A stretch of 64,000 nt of DNA, from NCBI GenBank assembly GCA_964519305.1, contig CAZFHY010000018.1:1-64000 (forward strand), written 5' to 3'. The DNA comes from Candidatus Undinarchaeota archaeon. Its GTDB lineage: Archaea; SpSt-1190; JASMDC01. Positions 37,390 to 47,266 of the stretch are shown piece after piece (position 1 is the stretch's first letter; every line of letters starts with the position of its first letter). The notes under the pieces were generated by a model. The model was not told the origin of the DNA. It saw only the letters and a list, made by a program, of their open reading frames with translations, and did not search any database. The position numbers and the translations under genes were made by a program.

Positions 37390-39651
37390 TCACCTGACGC
37401 TCGCGCGTCCCACTGCGGCCGCACCGTCCCGTTCCATGACCACGTCCCGTCCGTCGAACCTGAGGCCCCGTACGTCCACTGGCGCATGGACACGGAGGGT
37501 GATGAACCGCAGGTCGTCCGGGTACCCTTCGTGGACGACCTCACGACGGACATCAGCGATACCATCGTTAATCGAGCATGTGATCCGGGTGAGACTGTAC
37601 TCCCCACGCTCGTAAGCAAGCGATCGGCCGTCGTCATCGTACAGATCGCACCTGGCCTCCCCCTCGGCGGGAGCGAACACATGGAGGGTGAGCTCGTCGC
37701 CCCGTTCCTTGGTGCTGGCGCCGTAATTACGGGCGGATATGATCGCTCCCTCTCTAGCGTATAGCGGGAGCGTGCCCAGTGGCGCGTACGCCACGACGTG
37801 ACGGCCACCTTCATGGCGTTCGCCCGTCCACCAGTCGATCCAGGCACCCGCGGGCAGGTATACCAGCCTGTGCCGTCGGCCGGGTAGGTACACCGGGGCG
37901 ACCAGGAGGTCGCGACCCCAGAGGAACTGGTCGTCGCACCTGAGCGTCTCGGGATCGTCCGGGTGTTCCACAAGGAGCGCCCGCATCACCGGTACTCCGG
38001 TGAGCGACGCCTCGCGGAAGCAGCCGTAGGTGTAGGGCAGGAGCTCGTACCGGAGGCGGATGTACCGTCGACAGATGTCCTCCGCTTCAGGGCCGAACGA
38101 CCATGGGTCCTGGTCCTCCTTCTCTCTTGTGTGCGCACGGAAGAACGGACTGAAGGCGCCCAGCTGCGTCCAGCGAACGAAGAGCTCGGTGGAAGGATGG
38201 TAGTTGAACCCGCCAACGTCCGTGCCCACGAACGGAACGCCGGACAGGCCGAGGTTCAGGCACATGGGCATGGCCATGAGGAGGTGCTCCCAGATCGCAC
38301 CGTTGTCGCCGGTCCACACCGCAGCATAGCGCTGTATACCGGTGAAACCCGCCCGTGTGAGCAGGAATGGCCGTTCATCGGGCCTGGCCTGCCTGAGCCC
38401 GTCCACGGTGGCCGCGGCCTCCCAGATAGCGTACATGTTATGGACGTCAGCATGGCTGCCCGCGGCGTGCACGATATCATCGGGGACCGTGTTGTGGGGT
38501 TTGTTGAAGGTGGCTGGCTCGTTCATGTCGTTCCAGACACCTCCCAGCCCCTGAGCGATCCAACGCGCGTTGAGCCCTGCCCACCACTCGCGCACGTCCT
38601 CCCGGCTGAAGTCCGGGAACCCGGCACGTTTCGGCCAGACCTTGCCCAGGTACACCTCACCATCGGGCGTCGTGCAGAAGTACCCGCGCTCGAGCCCCTC
38701 CACCCAGACCGGGTAGCGTACGCTCTTGGAGATACCGGGGTCCACGATCGTCACCAGGTCGAACCCCTCCTCTTTCAGGTCGGCGATGAGCCCCTCGGGA
38801 TCAGGGAACTCCTTATGATCCCAGGTGAAGCACCGGTAGCGGTCCATGTAGTCTATGTCCAGCCATATGGCGTCACAGGGGACGTTCTTCTCTCGGAACG
38901 TCCGCGCGAGCTCACGCACACGCTCGGCCGGATGGTAGCTCCAGCGACACTGGTGATACCCGAGCGACCAGAGCGGCGGCAGGGGCATGTGGCCGGTGAG
39001 GTCGGCGAGGCGTCGGAGGACGTCCTTTACGGTGGGACCCTCGAGCACGAACAGGCATGCAGGTCCACCGGTCGCGCCGAAGGCGATATCGCCGTTCCCG
39101 CTCCTGTCCAGCACCATGGAGGTGCGCTGGACGTTGTCGAACAGGATGCCGAAGGCCCGCCCGCGACAGAGCACGATGATGAAAGGGTGCGACTGGTACA
39201 GCCTTCGCGTGGCCGATGTGTGGTCCCAGTTGGCATCCGTGTTCCAGTTCTCCAGCATCTCGCCGGTCTTGTCCAGGAAACCTGTGCGCTCCCCCCCGCC
39301 GTAGAACGACGAGCCACGCTCGACACGTCCGTCGATGGTGATGTGACCGTCGTCCTTGCGTGACGCACGCAGCTCCGTCAGGATGGGCCCGCCGCCGATG
39401 CGTGAAACGTCCACTCTGTCCTGGGCCCTATCTACGCTCACACGCAGGTCCTCGGTGGCGTACGCGGGCCCGGTGGAGAGCTTTTCCTCGGACGAAGGCA
39501 CCTCGTCACCTGTGAGGACCACGGCGAAGGAGTCTGGCCCGTCCTCGCCGAACCGGATGCGGGTGATGCCCGTGGCCGGGAATGTGACCGACATGGGTGC
39601 CAGGGGCACGGGTGGTGATGTCTGACCTGGCTCGGACGTCCTGCCTGCCAT
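37390..39651 (-). CDS. GH31 alpha-glucosidase
   Basis: GYHQCRWSY, WLDIDYM, WNDMNEP, WTGDN, GTDVGGF. Confidence 0.96.
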   Translation of the reverse strand: MAGRTSEPGQTSPPVPLAPMSVTFPATGITRIRFGEDGPDSFAVVLTGDEVPSSEEKLSTGPAYATEDLRVSVDRAQDRVDVSRIGGGPILTELRASRKDDGHITIDGRVERGSSFYGGGERTGFLDKTGEMLENWNTDANWDHTSATRRLYQSHPFIIVLCRGRAFGILFDNVQRTSMVLDRSGNGDIAFGATGGPACLFVLEGPTVKDVLRRLADLTGHMPLPPLWSLGYHQCRWSYHPAERVRELARTFREKNVPCDAIWLDIDYMDRYRCFTWDHKEFPDPEGLIADLKEEGFDLVTIVDPGISKSVRYPVWVEGLERGYFCTTPDGEVYLGKVWPKRAGFPDFSREDVREWWAGLNARWIAQGLGGVWNDMNEPATFNKPHNTVPDDIVHAAGSHADVHNMYAIWEAAATVDGLRQARPDERPFLLTRAGFTGIQRYAAVWTGDNGAIWEHLLMAMPMCLNLGLSGVPFVGTDVGGFNYHPSTELFVRWTQLGAFSPFFRAHTREKEDQDPWSFGPEAEDICRRYIRLRYELLPYTYGCFREASLTGVPVMRALLVEHPDDPETLRCDDQFLWGRDLLVAPVYLPGRRHRLVYLPAGAWIDWWTGERHEGGRHVVAYAPLGTLPLYAREGAIISARNYGASTKERGDELTLHVFAPAEGEARCDLYDDDGRSLAYERGEYSLTRITCSINDGIADVRREVVHEGYPDDLRFITLRVHAPVDVRGLRFDGRDVVMERDGAAAVGRASVR

Positions 39652-39736
39652 ACCCCCCGTCCATGGCCCATTCCTTTATATCTGGTATCGGAGCGGATGG
39701 AAAAGCGTCATAAACGATGAACGACTAGTATCATGT

Positions 39737-39901
39737 ATGCAGGGATCCTCCCACGGCTCGCCCCGCGTCTGTATCCGCGACGGCCAGCAGTACTACAAGC
39801 ACGACTGCGAGATGAAGAGATGCCTCGACATCGAGCGGTGCTGGCCTCCCGAGGACGGCTCTGAGAACCAGGGCGTCCAGCAGGGGATATTCCAGTTCTG
39901 A
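39737..39901 (+). CDS. 54-aa Cys4 microprotein with C-terminal PIP-like motif
   Basis: Translated by hand: MQGSSHGSPRVCIRDGQQYYKHDCEMKRCLDIERCWPPEDGSENQGVQQGIFQF. GC3-rich codons; fills the intergenic gap. Confidence 0.65.
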   Translation: MQGSSHGSPRVCIRDGQQYYKHDCEMKRCLDIERCWPPEDGSENQGVQQGIFQF

Positions 39902-39908
39902 GCGGGAC

Positions 39909-41081
39909 CTAGCAGCTCTTCATCCGGCGGGCGCTCTCCTCCAGCGCGGCTATGCCAGGGAGCACCCTTCCTTCAAGGAAGGACATGGAAGCCCCTCCTC
40001 CCGTGGAGACATGGGTGACCTTGTCGGCGAAGCCCATGCCCTCGATGGCCGACGCAGAGTCCCCACCACCGATGATGCTCACTGCCTCGGAACCGGCGAC
40101 CGCTCTGGCCACGGACCGGGTGCCGTTCGCGAACCGCTCCCACTCGAACCGGCCCATGGGCCCGTTCCACACCACGGTGCGGGCGTCAGCGATGATGGAT
40201 TCGTACTGTTCCATGGTCCTGGGACCGATGTCAAGCCCAATATCGGAATCGCCGATGTTGTCCACGTCGACGGCCTTTGCCGCTGCCTCGGGCTCCATAT
40301 CGGCCGCCACGGTCGTGTCGACAGGTATGGTTATCTTGGGATCCGTGAGCAGTTCTCGTGCCAGATCGAGCTTGTCCTCCTCAACGAGGGACCTGCCGGT
40401 GGCCTTTCCCTGGGCCCGGAGGAACGTGTACATCATGGCGCCGCCGATGAGCAGGCGGTCCACCTTACCGAGCAGGTTGCGGATCACTTCGATCTTGTCG
40501 GATACCTTGACACCGCCCATGATCGCGACGAACGGACGCTCGGGTGCAGCGAGCGCGGCTCCCATGACGTCGAGCTCCTTCTGGACAAGGAGACCGGCTG
40601 CAGCGGGGAGCAGACGTGCTACGGCCTCCACCGACGCGTGCGCTCTGTGACAGGTGCCGAAAGCGTCGTTCACGTACACGTCACCGTACGAGGCCAGCTT
40701 GGCAGCGAAGGCTTCATCGTTGCCCTTCTCCTCGGCATGGAACCTGAGATTCTCCAGCACGACTATTCGGTCGTTGGGGATGTCCACATCGATACATTCG
40801 TCCAGCTTGGCCACGGACATGCCAAGGAGCTTGCCGAGCTGTGCGGCCACAGGGTCCATCCTGAGCGAGTCGACGACCTTTCCCTTGGGCTTACCAAGGT
40901 GACTGCACAGCACGACCTGCTTCGCATCACGTTCCAGGATGGTGCGGATGGTGGGCAGGGCAGCGCGGATGCGCTTGTCGTTGGACACCTCACCGTCGTC
41001 GGTGAGGGGGACATTGAAGTCGACGCGTACGAGCACACGCTTGTTCGCAAGGTCGAGGTCATCGAGGGTTAGGAACTCCAT
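39909..41081 (-). CDS. pgk: Phosphoglycerate kinase
   Basis: RVDFNVP, SHLGKP, LENLRF, NDAFG, WNGPMG.FE, STGGGA. Confidence 0.98.
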   Translation of the reverse strand: MEFLTLDDLDLANKRVLVRVDFNVPLTDDGEVSNDKRIRAALPTIRTILERDAKQVVLCSHLGKPKGKVVDSLRMDPVAAQLGKLLGMSVAKLDECIDVDIPNDRIVVLENLRFHAEEKGNDEAFAAKLASYGDVYVNDAFGTCHRAHASVEAVARLLPAAAGLLVQKELDVMGAALAAPERPFVAIMGGVKVSDKIEVIRNLLGKVDRLLIGGAMMYTFLRAQGKATGRSLVEEDKLDLARELLTDPKITIPVDTTVAADMEPEAAAKAVDVDNIGDSDIGLDIGPRTMEQYESIIADARTVVWNGPMGRFEWERFANGTRSVARAVAGSEAVSIIGGGDSASAIEGMGFADKVTHVSTGGGASMSFLEGRVLPGIAALEESARRMKSC

Positions 41082-41211
41082 GGCCGATCGGTTGGCACGA
41101 GCAGGTTCGCGTTTAAAACCCTTTCCCTGGTGCGCGAGAGTGCCTGATGAAGGGTCGGGCCCGCGATTTCAGCAATGTTTATATACCGGCGACCCGGCCG
41201 AACGGTGCAGG

Positions 41212-41745
41212 ATGGACGGGGAAGCGTTGTATCGGGAAGACATTGAGCTGGCGCTAGATAGCTACATGGACATCTACCATGAACGGGACCCGGCACCTCT
41301 TGAGCACAGGGACCTCGAGGACCACATCGTGTCCTACATCGAGCAATCGTATCATGAGCTAGCTGACAAGGAGGACGTGACCCTGAAGGTCTACCTGCCC
41401 GGTGTCGAGCGGGACGAGTCGATCGAGGGCACTATCACCGAGTCGATCCATAACTACTTCGAGTTCACTGAGCGGGAGGCGCGCAAGGAACTGCGCCACC
41501 ATTACCTCAAATCCGCCGGATTGGCCGTAATGGGTGCAGGCCTCATTGCCGGGAGCGCTTTCGTACCAGTACTGGCCGGATTGGGCATCGGTGCATCGAT
41601 CACTGCCGAGATCATCGGCGTAGGTGGCTGGGTGGGGGAGTGGAACGCTATCTCCAACATCCTGTTCGAGAGTGGGGATAAACGTGATACTGTGGCTATG
41701 TATGACCGTCTATCCGACGCTAAGGTCGAGTTCCTGTACGACTAG
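41212..41745 (+). CDS. Hypothetical 2-TM membrane protein
   Basis: DPAP...RDL, SIHNYF, GWV..W; TTTATATA upstream of ATG 41212. Confidence 0.7.
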   Translation: MDGEALYREDIELALDSYMDIYHERDPAPLEHRDLEDHIVSYIEQSYHELADKEDVTLKVYLPGVERDESIEGTITESIHNYFEFTEREARKELRHHYLKSAGLAVMGAGLIAGSAFVPVLAGLGIGASITAEIIGVGGWVGEWNAISNILFESGDKRDTVAMYDRLSDAKVEFLYD

Positions 41746-42065
41746 CCGTCCAGTTTCCTCGACCACTCATCGAGCTTCTCGCTGAGCACTTCTGAACTCT
41801 CGATGATCTTGTCCTGTGTGAGCTCGAAGTCGAATATCAGTGACTCGATACCCAGGATCGTCACTGCCAGGAGGGTCATGCAGAACACCATCGTGATGAT
41901 GCCCCGGTTCACCTTCAGGACCGACATGAACTCATCCTGCACTAATGAACCCATGGGTACGTAGACTGCACAGATGAGGAAGGCAAGAACCAGGATGCCA
42001 CTGACCGTCACGGCATATACACCTGAGATACGCTGTTTGCTCTTTACCATTGCCACCACTTGCAT
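41742..42065 (-). CDS. Hypothetical 2-TM protein
   Basis: Two hydrophobic helices and a coiled tail. Confidence 0.55.
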   Translation of the reverse strand: MQVVAMVKSKQRISGVYAVTVSGILVLAFLICAVYVPMGSLVQDEFMSVLKVNRGIITMVFCMTLLAVTILGIESLIFDFELTQDKIIESSEVLSEKLDEWSRKLDG

Positions 42066-42200
42066 ATCTCTTAGACCCTCAACCTTTATATGACTCATAG
42101 TTACGAACGACCGCCCCACGGTCTAGGAAAGGTTTTTATCCCTGCATGACCCTTCCCATAGTAACGGCCATGGCCACCTCGCACGGCCGGGTCAGGGGGC

Positions 42201-45200
42201 ATAGTTCTGGATTCGAACGGATCCGATGGGAGAGGTCGGCTCATCCGTGAGCTCGGCGACCTTCGCAGACTCATCACCGAACTCGAGGAGGAGGAACTGC
42301 GTCGGACGACCACCGAGCGGGAGCTGGCCGCTAGCGAGAAACGGTACCGTTCCATCTTCGAGCTATCCCCCGAGACGATAGTAATGCTCGACCGGACTGG
42401 GAAAGTGCTCGACATCAACGAGCGTGTACAGCACCTGCTAGGGTATGCACCAGAAGAGGTAATCGGCAAGCGTCTCATCGCTCTCCCCTTCCTCACGAGG
42501 GAGAGCAAGCTCAAGGCCACCGCCCGGTTCGCTAAACGCATGAGCGGAAGGGAGGTCGGGCCTTACGAGCTCGAGTTCTTGACCAAGGACGGAAATCATG
42601 TCACAGGTCGCGTACAGGCGACACCCATCAAGGACGAGGAGGGAAGGATAACCGGTGACCTTGTGATGGTGTCCGATATCACGGCACGCAAGGACGCGGA
42701 GGAGCGCCGGTTGTATGACCGACGGTTGTACAAAGGTATCGCCGACAACACGCGGGACGGACTGGTGGTCATCATCGGTGGGAAGATCAGCTACGTCAAC
42801 GACCGCGTCAAGCAGATACTCGGATACTCGAAGAGCGAACTGGAGGGCATGAACGGCCTGGACATCGCGCCTCCGGAGGAGCACGACCGCATGAAGGAAT
42901 TCATGGGACGAGTGCTGCGAAAGGGAGCGCCCCCGGAGATGCTCGCGTTCTGGGCCGTGTGCAAGAACGGTGCACGACGTTATGTCCAGTACCGGTATTC
43001 CTCACTTCACCTTGGTGAGGGTGAGGACGGTTACCTCGTCGTTATCACGGACATCACCGAGCGCAAGCGTGCCGAGGATGAATTGGCGAAGAGCGAGGAC
43101 CGGTTCAGCACCATATTCCATACAGCCCCTGTGTCTCTTTGGGAGGAGGACCTGAGCGAGGTCAAGGAAGCTGTCGATCGTGTCAAGGCATCGGGTGTGA
43201 CGGATTTCCGCAGATATCTGGAGGGACATCCCGAGTTCATCCAGAAGGCCGCTGGGATGGTCAAGGTCGTCGACGTCAACGAGGCGACCCTCCGGATGTA
43301 CGGTGCCAGAACGAAAGAGGAGCTTCTTGGTTCCCTGAACAAGGTGTTCACGCCCGAGTCGTTCGATGTATTCCGTGAGGAGCTCATAGCCATCGAGGGG
43401 GGGAAGACGTACTTCGAGGCCGAGGCGGTCAACAAGACCCTCCAGGGTAAGCGGATGGATATCATGATAACACTATCAATCCCATCGGGGACGACCGGAT
43501 TCAATAGCCTGATCGTGGGCATCATCGACATCACAGCCCGCAAACACATGGAGCAGGAGCTCAAGGGGAGCCGTGCCCTATACAAGACCGTAACGGAGAG
43601 CACCAAGGACGGCCTGGTCCTCATCCGCGAGGGACATATGGTGTACGCCAACGACCAGGTCTGCGATATCCTAGGGTATTCACACGAGGAGCTCATGGGG
43701 CTCTCGGGCCTGGACATAGCGGTACCTGAGGAGCGGCCACGATTGATGGGATTCATGAAACGGATCCTCAGGGAGGGCGAACCGCCCGGGGAACTGGAGT
43801 TCTGGATCGTTAGGAAGGACGGTGAACGGCGTTGCATCCAGTACCGGTATTCACCTGTCGCTCCCGACGAGCAGGGAGCGGGATACCTCGTGCTCGTCAC
43901 CGATGTCACAACGAGAAAGCATGCCGAGGATGAGCTCAACAGCTGGCTGTTGCTCGAGAAGGTCATCGCTGACATCTCATCCCGCTTCGTCGGCGTGTAC
44001 GATATCGATGAGGCCATCAACGATACCCTCGAGGACATGGGGACCATGAGCGGCGCGGGTCGTGCCTACATGTTCCTTATCAGCGAGGACGGTACGACCA
44101 TGGACAACACCCATGAATGGTGTGCTGAGGGCATCGCCTCGAGGAAGGTCGATCTCAAGGGCGTGCCTTCCTCTACCTTCCCATGGATCATGGGAACCCT
44201 CCGCCATGGCGAGGCCGTGCACATCCCCGACGTGGCGAGATTGCCTCCGAAAGCGAAGGGGGAGATGCGTGCCCTCGAGGAACAGGGTGTGAGGTCCCTC
44301 CTAGCGCTGCCCCTGATGGTCCACGGAAAGCTCGCGGGCTCCCTTGGACTGGATAATCTCGATGAGGGGGGTGAGTGGCACGAGGATATCCTTACTCTAC
44401 TGAAAAGGACCTCGCGTGTCATCAGCAACGCCCTAGAGCGCCGTAATGCCGAGGAAGCGATCGTCATGAGCGAGCGGAAGTACCGCACTCTGGTCGAGAC
44501 GCTACCTCAGCGAGTATTCCATAAAGACCTGGACTCGGTCTACATCTCGTGCAACGAGAGCTATGCCCGTGACATCGGTTTGTCTCCCGACGAGATCGCA
44601 GGGAAGACCGATTATGAGTTCTACCCGAAGACCTTGGCGGAGAAGTACAGGGCTGACGATAGACGCATCATGAAGAACGGGCGGATCGAGGAGCTCGAGG
44701 AGCGTTACATCAAGCACGGAAAGGAGATATGGGTGCGCACTGTCAAGGTCCCTGTCAAGGACGAGGACGGGAACGTCATCGGTGTGATGGGGGTGTTCTC
44801 GGACATTACCGACGAGAAGCGGGCCCGGGACGAACTACGAAGGGAGCACGAGCTTCTTTCCATTGTCGCTGAGACGACACCGGCCGCGATCGTGGTCGTC
44901 GACCGTAAGGGCCGCATAACGTTCGCCAATCCACGGGCCGAGGATGTCCTGGGCCTGAAGAAGGACGAGATCACCCAGCTGACCTACAATGCACCTGATT
45001 GGAAGATAACAGCGATCGACGGCACACCGCTCCCCGAGGAACAGCTCCCGTTCAGAGTGGTCCGCGACTCTAAAAGACCTCAATCGGGGATACTCCTTGC
45101 CATCGAGTGGCCCGGGGGCGAGCGCGTTGGTATCTCGGCGGACGGCGCACCGGTCATGGACGCATCGGGCGAGGTCGATGCAGTGGTGTTCGCCTTGAAG

Positions 45201-45293
45201 AACGTACCCCTCAAGCGACCGAGGTCGCGTAGAAAAAAGCATGTGGGCAAGAGCGATCCCGGGAAACAGAAAGGCCCTACGAGGTCCCGCTGA
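42201..45293 (+). CDS. Multi-sensor protein: 6 PAS + 1 GAF, no output domain
   Basis: Repeated 'Y..I....' to 'DIT.RK' PAS units and a GAF (NTHEWCAEG). The coding frame clearly extends 5' of ATG 42384; start unresolved. Confidence 0.85.
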   Translation: MVLDSNGSDGRGRLIRELGDLRRLITELEEEELRRTTTERELAASEKRYRSIFELSPETIVMLDRTGKVLDINERVQHLLGYAPEEVIGKRLIALPFLTRESKLKATARFAKRMSGREVGPYELEFLTKDGNHVTGRVQATPIKDEEGRITGDLVMVSDITARKDAEERRLYDRRLYKGIADNTRDGLVVIIGGKISYVNDRVKQILGYSKSELEGMNGLDIAPPEEHDRMKEFMGRVLRKGAPPEMLAFWAVCKNGARRYVQYRYSSLHLGEGEDGYLVVITDITERKRAEDELAKSEDRFSTIFHTAPVSLWEEDLSEVKEAVDRVKASGVTDFRRYLEGHPEFIQKAAGMVKVVDVNEATLRMYGARTKEELLGSLNKVFTPESFDVFREELIAIEGGKTYFEAEAVNKTLQGKRMDIMITLSIPSGTTGFNSLIVGIIDITARKHMEQELKGSRALYKTVTESTKDGLVLIREGHMVYANDQVCDILGYSHEELMGLSGLDIAVPEERPRLMGFMKRILREGEPPGELEFWIVRKDGERRCIQYRYSPVAPDEQGAGYLVLVTDVTTRKHAEDELNSWLLLEKVIADISSRFVGVYDIDEAINDTLEDMGTMSGAGRAYMFLISEDGTTMDNTHEWCAEGIASRKVDLKGVPSSTFPWIMGTLRHGEAVHIPDVARLPPKAKGEMRALEEQGVRSLLALPLMVHGKLAGSLGLDNLDEGGEWHEDILTLLKRTSRVISNALERRNAEEAIVMSERKYRTLVETLPQRVFHKDLDSVYISCNESYARDIGLSPDEIAGKTDYEFYPKTLAEKYRADDRRIMKNGRIEELEERYIKHGKEIWVRTVKVPVKDEDGNVIGVMGVFSDITDEKRARDELRREHELLSIVAETTPAAIVVVDRKGRITFANPRAEDVLGLKKDEITQLTYNAPDWKITAIDGTPLPEEQLPFRVVRDSKRPQSGILLAIEWPGGERVGISADGAPVMDASGEVDAVVFALKNVPLKRPRSRRKKHVGKSDPGKQKGPTRSR

Positions 45294-45327
45294 CAGCTTT
45301 ATTAAGCATGAAAGAGCATTTTGTGGT

Positions 45328-45645
45328 ATGGTCCTCAAGAAGCTCTCCCGCCTTCTCGCACCCGAGGTTTTCAACGAACTCGAATCGCTCCGCTCACACA
45401 ATGAACAGCTAGTGGTCATTCAGCGGTACAGTGACGTCGAGAAGACGAAGCTCCACGAAGAGAACCAGCTCCTTGCCCGGCGCCATGTAGAGACTAAACG
45501 GTTGCTAGCCGATATGATCGCAGGTTTCGAGGATATCTTCGAGCAACAGTTCATCTCGCAACGTGATGCCCTCCCGCCCGTCGAGCAGAACGAGTTCCCT
45601 GAGACGGCCGAGATCGAGAACGATGACGAGGATTGGCGTATCTAG
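45328..45645 (+). CDS. Hypothetical coiled-coil protein
   Basis: Heptad-like EENQLLARRH; TTTATTAA upstream. Confidence 0.6.
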   Translation: MVLKKLSRLLAPEVFNELESLRSHNEQLVVIQRYSDVEKTKLHEENQLLARRHVETKRLLADMIAGFEDIFEQQFISQRDALPPVEQNEFPETAEIENDDEDWRI

Positions 45646-45690
45646 ACGGTTCGTGAACTCCTACCACAATCCTGGCGGAAAAAAATTCCT

Positions 45691-46479
45691 TTAGCCCGAT
45701 TCTTCCTGAGGGGTCCAGAACTGGGCGTTCTCGGGCGTAGCTTGCTGTTCGCCACCTTGATAGGCCGTCTGGTCCGTGGCCGCCGGGACGAAGAAAGGAC
45801 CGCCCGCAAATCCTTCCTGGGCGCCCGCTGCCGCGCCCTCGGTACCCCACGCGGCGGGTTGCTGCTGAGCTGCCGCCTCGTTCCCGGCCCATCCGGGTTC
45901 GGTAGGTGCGAACTGGAAACGCATGTCAGTGAGCTCATCCGATGAGCCGGATTTGTAGTACTGGGACATCAGCTCATCATCCTCTACCATCTCAGCGGCC
46001 TTACCCTTCTCGGGTTCGCCCTCCTGGATGCTCTTCACCAGCATCCCGACACCTGCGAGGAACAGGAGCAAGGGGGCGATCATCACTACCTTGACCATCA
46101 ATGACGGATTAGTGTAATAGTAGTAGGTGATCTTGCCGAAGAGGTTGAATCCCGGTGCAACCGAGTCATAGCATGTCTGCATGTTCGACTCGTTCTCTAT
46201 CATGGACTTGCAGGTCTGCATCCCGAGACGGGGAGTACTCTGGCCGATCACACCGGCGATGTTGGTTATGCAGGCGTCACGGAGCTCTGGATTGCGTACC
46301 TCGTCGCATGCGTCAAGCGCGCTCGGAGGGTACGACTTGACTGCGTCCTTGGAGACAGCTACGAAGCACGCGTCCCGCTCAGCAGCGTCCTTGATCGAAG
46401 CGCAACGGGACAGGTCATCGGCAGCGGCAGCCAAGAGAAGGACGAGAACTACTGTCAAAACTACCGTTTTGGATTTCAT
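45691..46479 (-). CDS. Type I membrane protein with Cys-paired helical repeats
   Basis: Signal peptide, C..I....RD.C repeats, TM, acidic Q/W/F tail. Confidence 0.75.
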   Translation of the reverse strand: MKSKTVVLTVVLVLLLAAAADDLSRCASIKDAAERDACFVAVSKDAVKSYPPSALDACDEVRNPELRDACITNIAGVIGQSTPRLGMQTCKSMIENESNMQTCYDSVAPGFNLFGKITYYYYTNPSLMVKVVMIAPLLLFLAGVGMLVKSIQEGEPEKGKAAEMVEDDELMSQYYKSGSSDELTDMRFQFAPTEPGWAGNEAAAQQQPAAWGTEGAAAGAQEGFAGGPFFVPAATDQTAYQGGEQQATPENAQFWTPQEESG

Positions 46480-46567
46480 GGTCCTTCCACAATCCCGGGG
46501 GGAATTTATTCTCTATTAATGTATAATAGTCGTTCCTAGTATAAAAAGGTGCCCCGGGGGAATCCGC

Positions 46568-47218
46568 TCACTGCTGGTATTGGAAGCCTTCCATCTGTTG
46601 GGACGGATCAGTGATCTCGTCCGCCGCTCCGAAGGATATTTCGTTCCCGCCCAAGGACGAGCCGCCCTCGTACCAGAACTGCTGGAACTGGTCGCCTGTA
46701 CCTCCGGGCGGAATGTACTCATCGTACATCATCTGGCGTTGCTCTTCGATCTCGGCCTCCTCGGAGGACTTCTTCATGGTGAACGCGATGTAGGCTACAC
46801 CGAGGAGGAAGATCAGGAGCGGGATGGACATCACGCCCATGATGATGATGCTTGGGTCGGACCAGTAGAGGAAGCGGATGCGGCCAGTCCCGGAAAAATA
46901 GGGCGAGATACCATCGAAGCACTCGGCCTTGTCCTGCTCGAGATTGTCGCAGATCTCCAACGCTCCAGTCTGGTTCACCGATACGATGTACTTGACGATG
47001 GCGATGTTGCACCTGTCACGGGTAAGCGTGCTCTCGATCATTGCACATGCCGGAGGAGCTTCCTTGGGGAGCGTCGAGGCTATGATGGGGGCGACTTGGT
47101 AGTAGCATTGGTCCCGTTCCTCGGGGGAGGACTGTTTCGGGCACTCTTCGATGAAACGGTAGGAGAGGGCAGGTATCATTAGAATGAGCAAGATGGCCAC
47201 GATAATCCTTCTGCTCAT
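46568..47218 (-). CDS. Type I membrane protein with Cys-paired helical repeats (paralog)
   Basis: Same architecture as the previous gene; shared G.I...Y...PS.....PLL.FL.GV. Confidence 0.75.
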   Translation of the reverse strand: MSRRIIVAILLILMIPALSYRFIEECPKQSSPEERDQCYYQVAPIIASTLPKEAPPACAMIESTLTRDRCNIAIVKYIVSVNQTGALEICDNLEQDKAECFDGISPYFSGTGRIRFLYWSDPSIIIMGVMSIPLLIFLLGVAYIAFTMKKSSEEAEIEEQRQMMYDEYIPPGGTGDQFQQFWYEGGSSLGGNEISFGAADEITDPSQQMEGFQYQQ

Positions 47219-47266
47219 CCGTCTGATATGATGGCTAATCTTTATTAAGGCTAGGTCGAAGGCCGC

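Noticed and set aside
37963-39363. Long antisense ORFs (also 40011-41072, 49668-50657, 50793-51797, 53045-53977, 59274-60266, 24202-25269)
   Set aside because: Shadow frames of well-supported genes, expected with GC3-rich codon usage.
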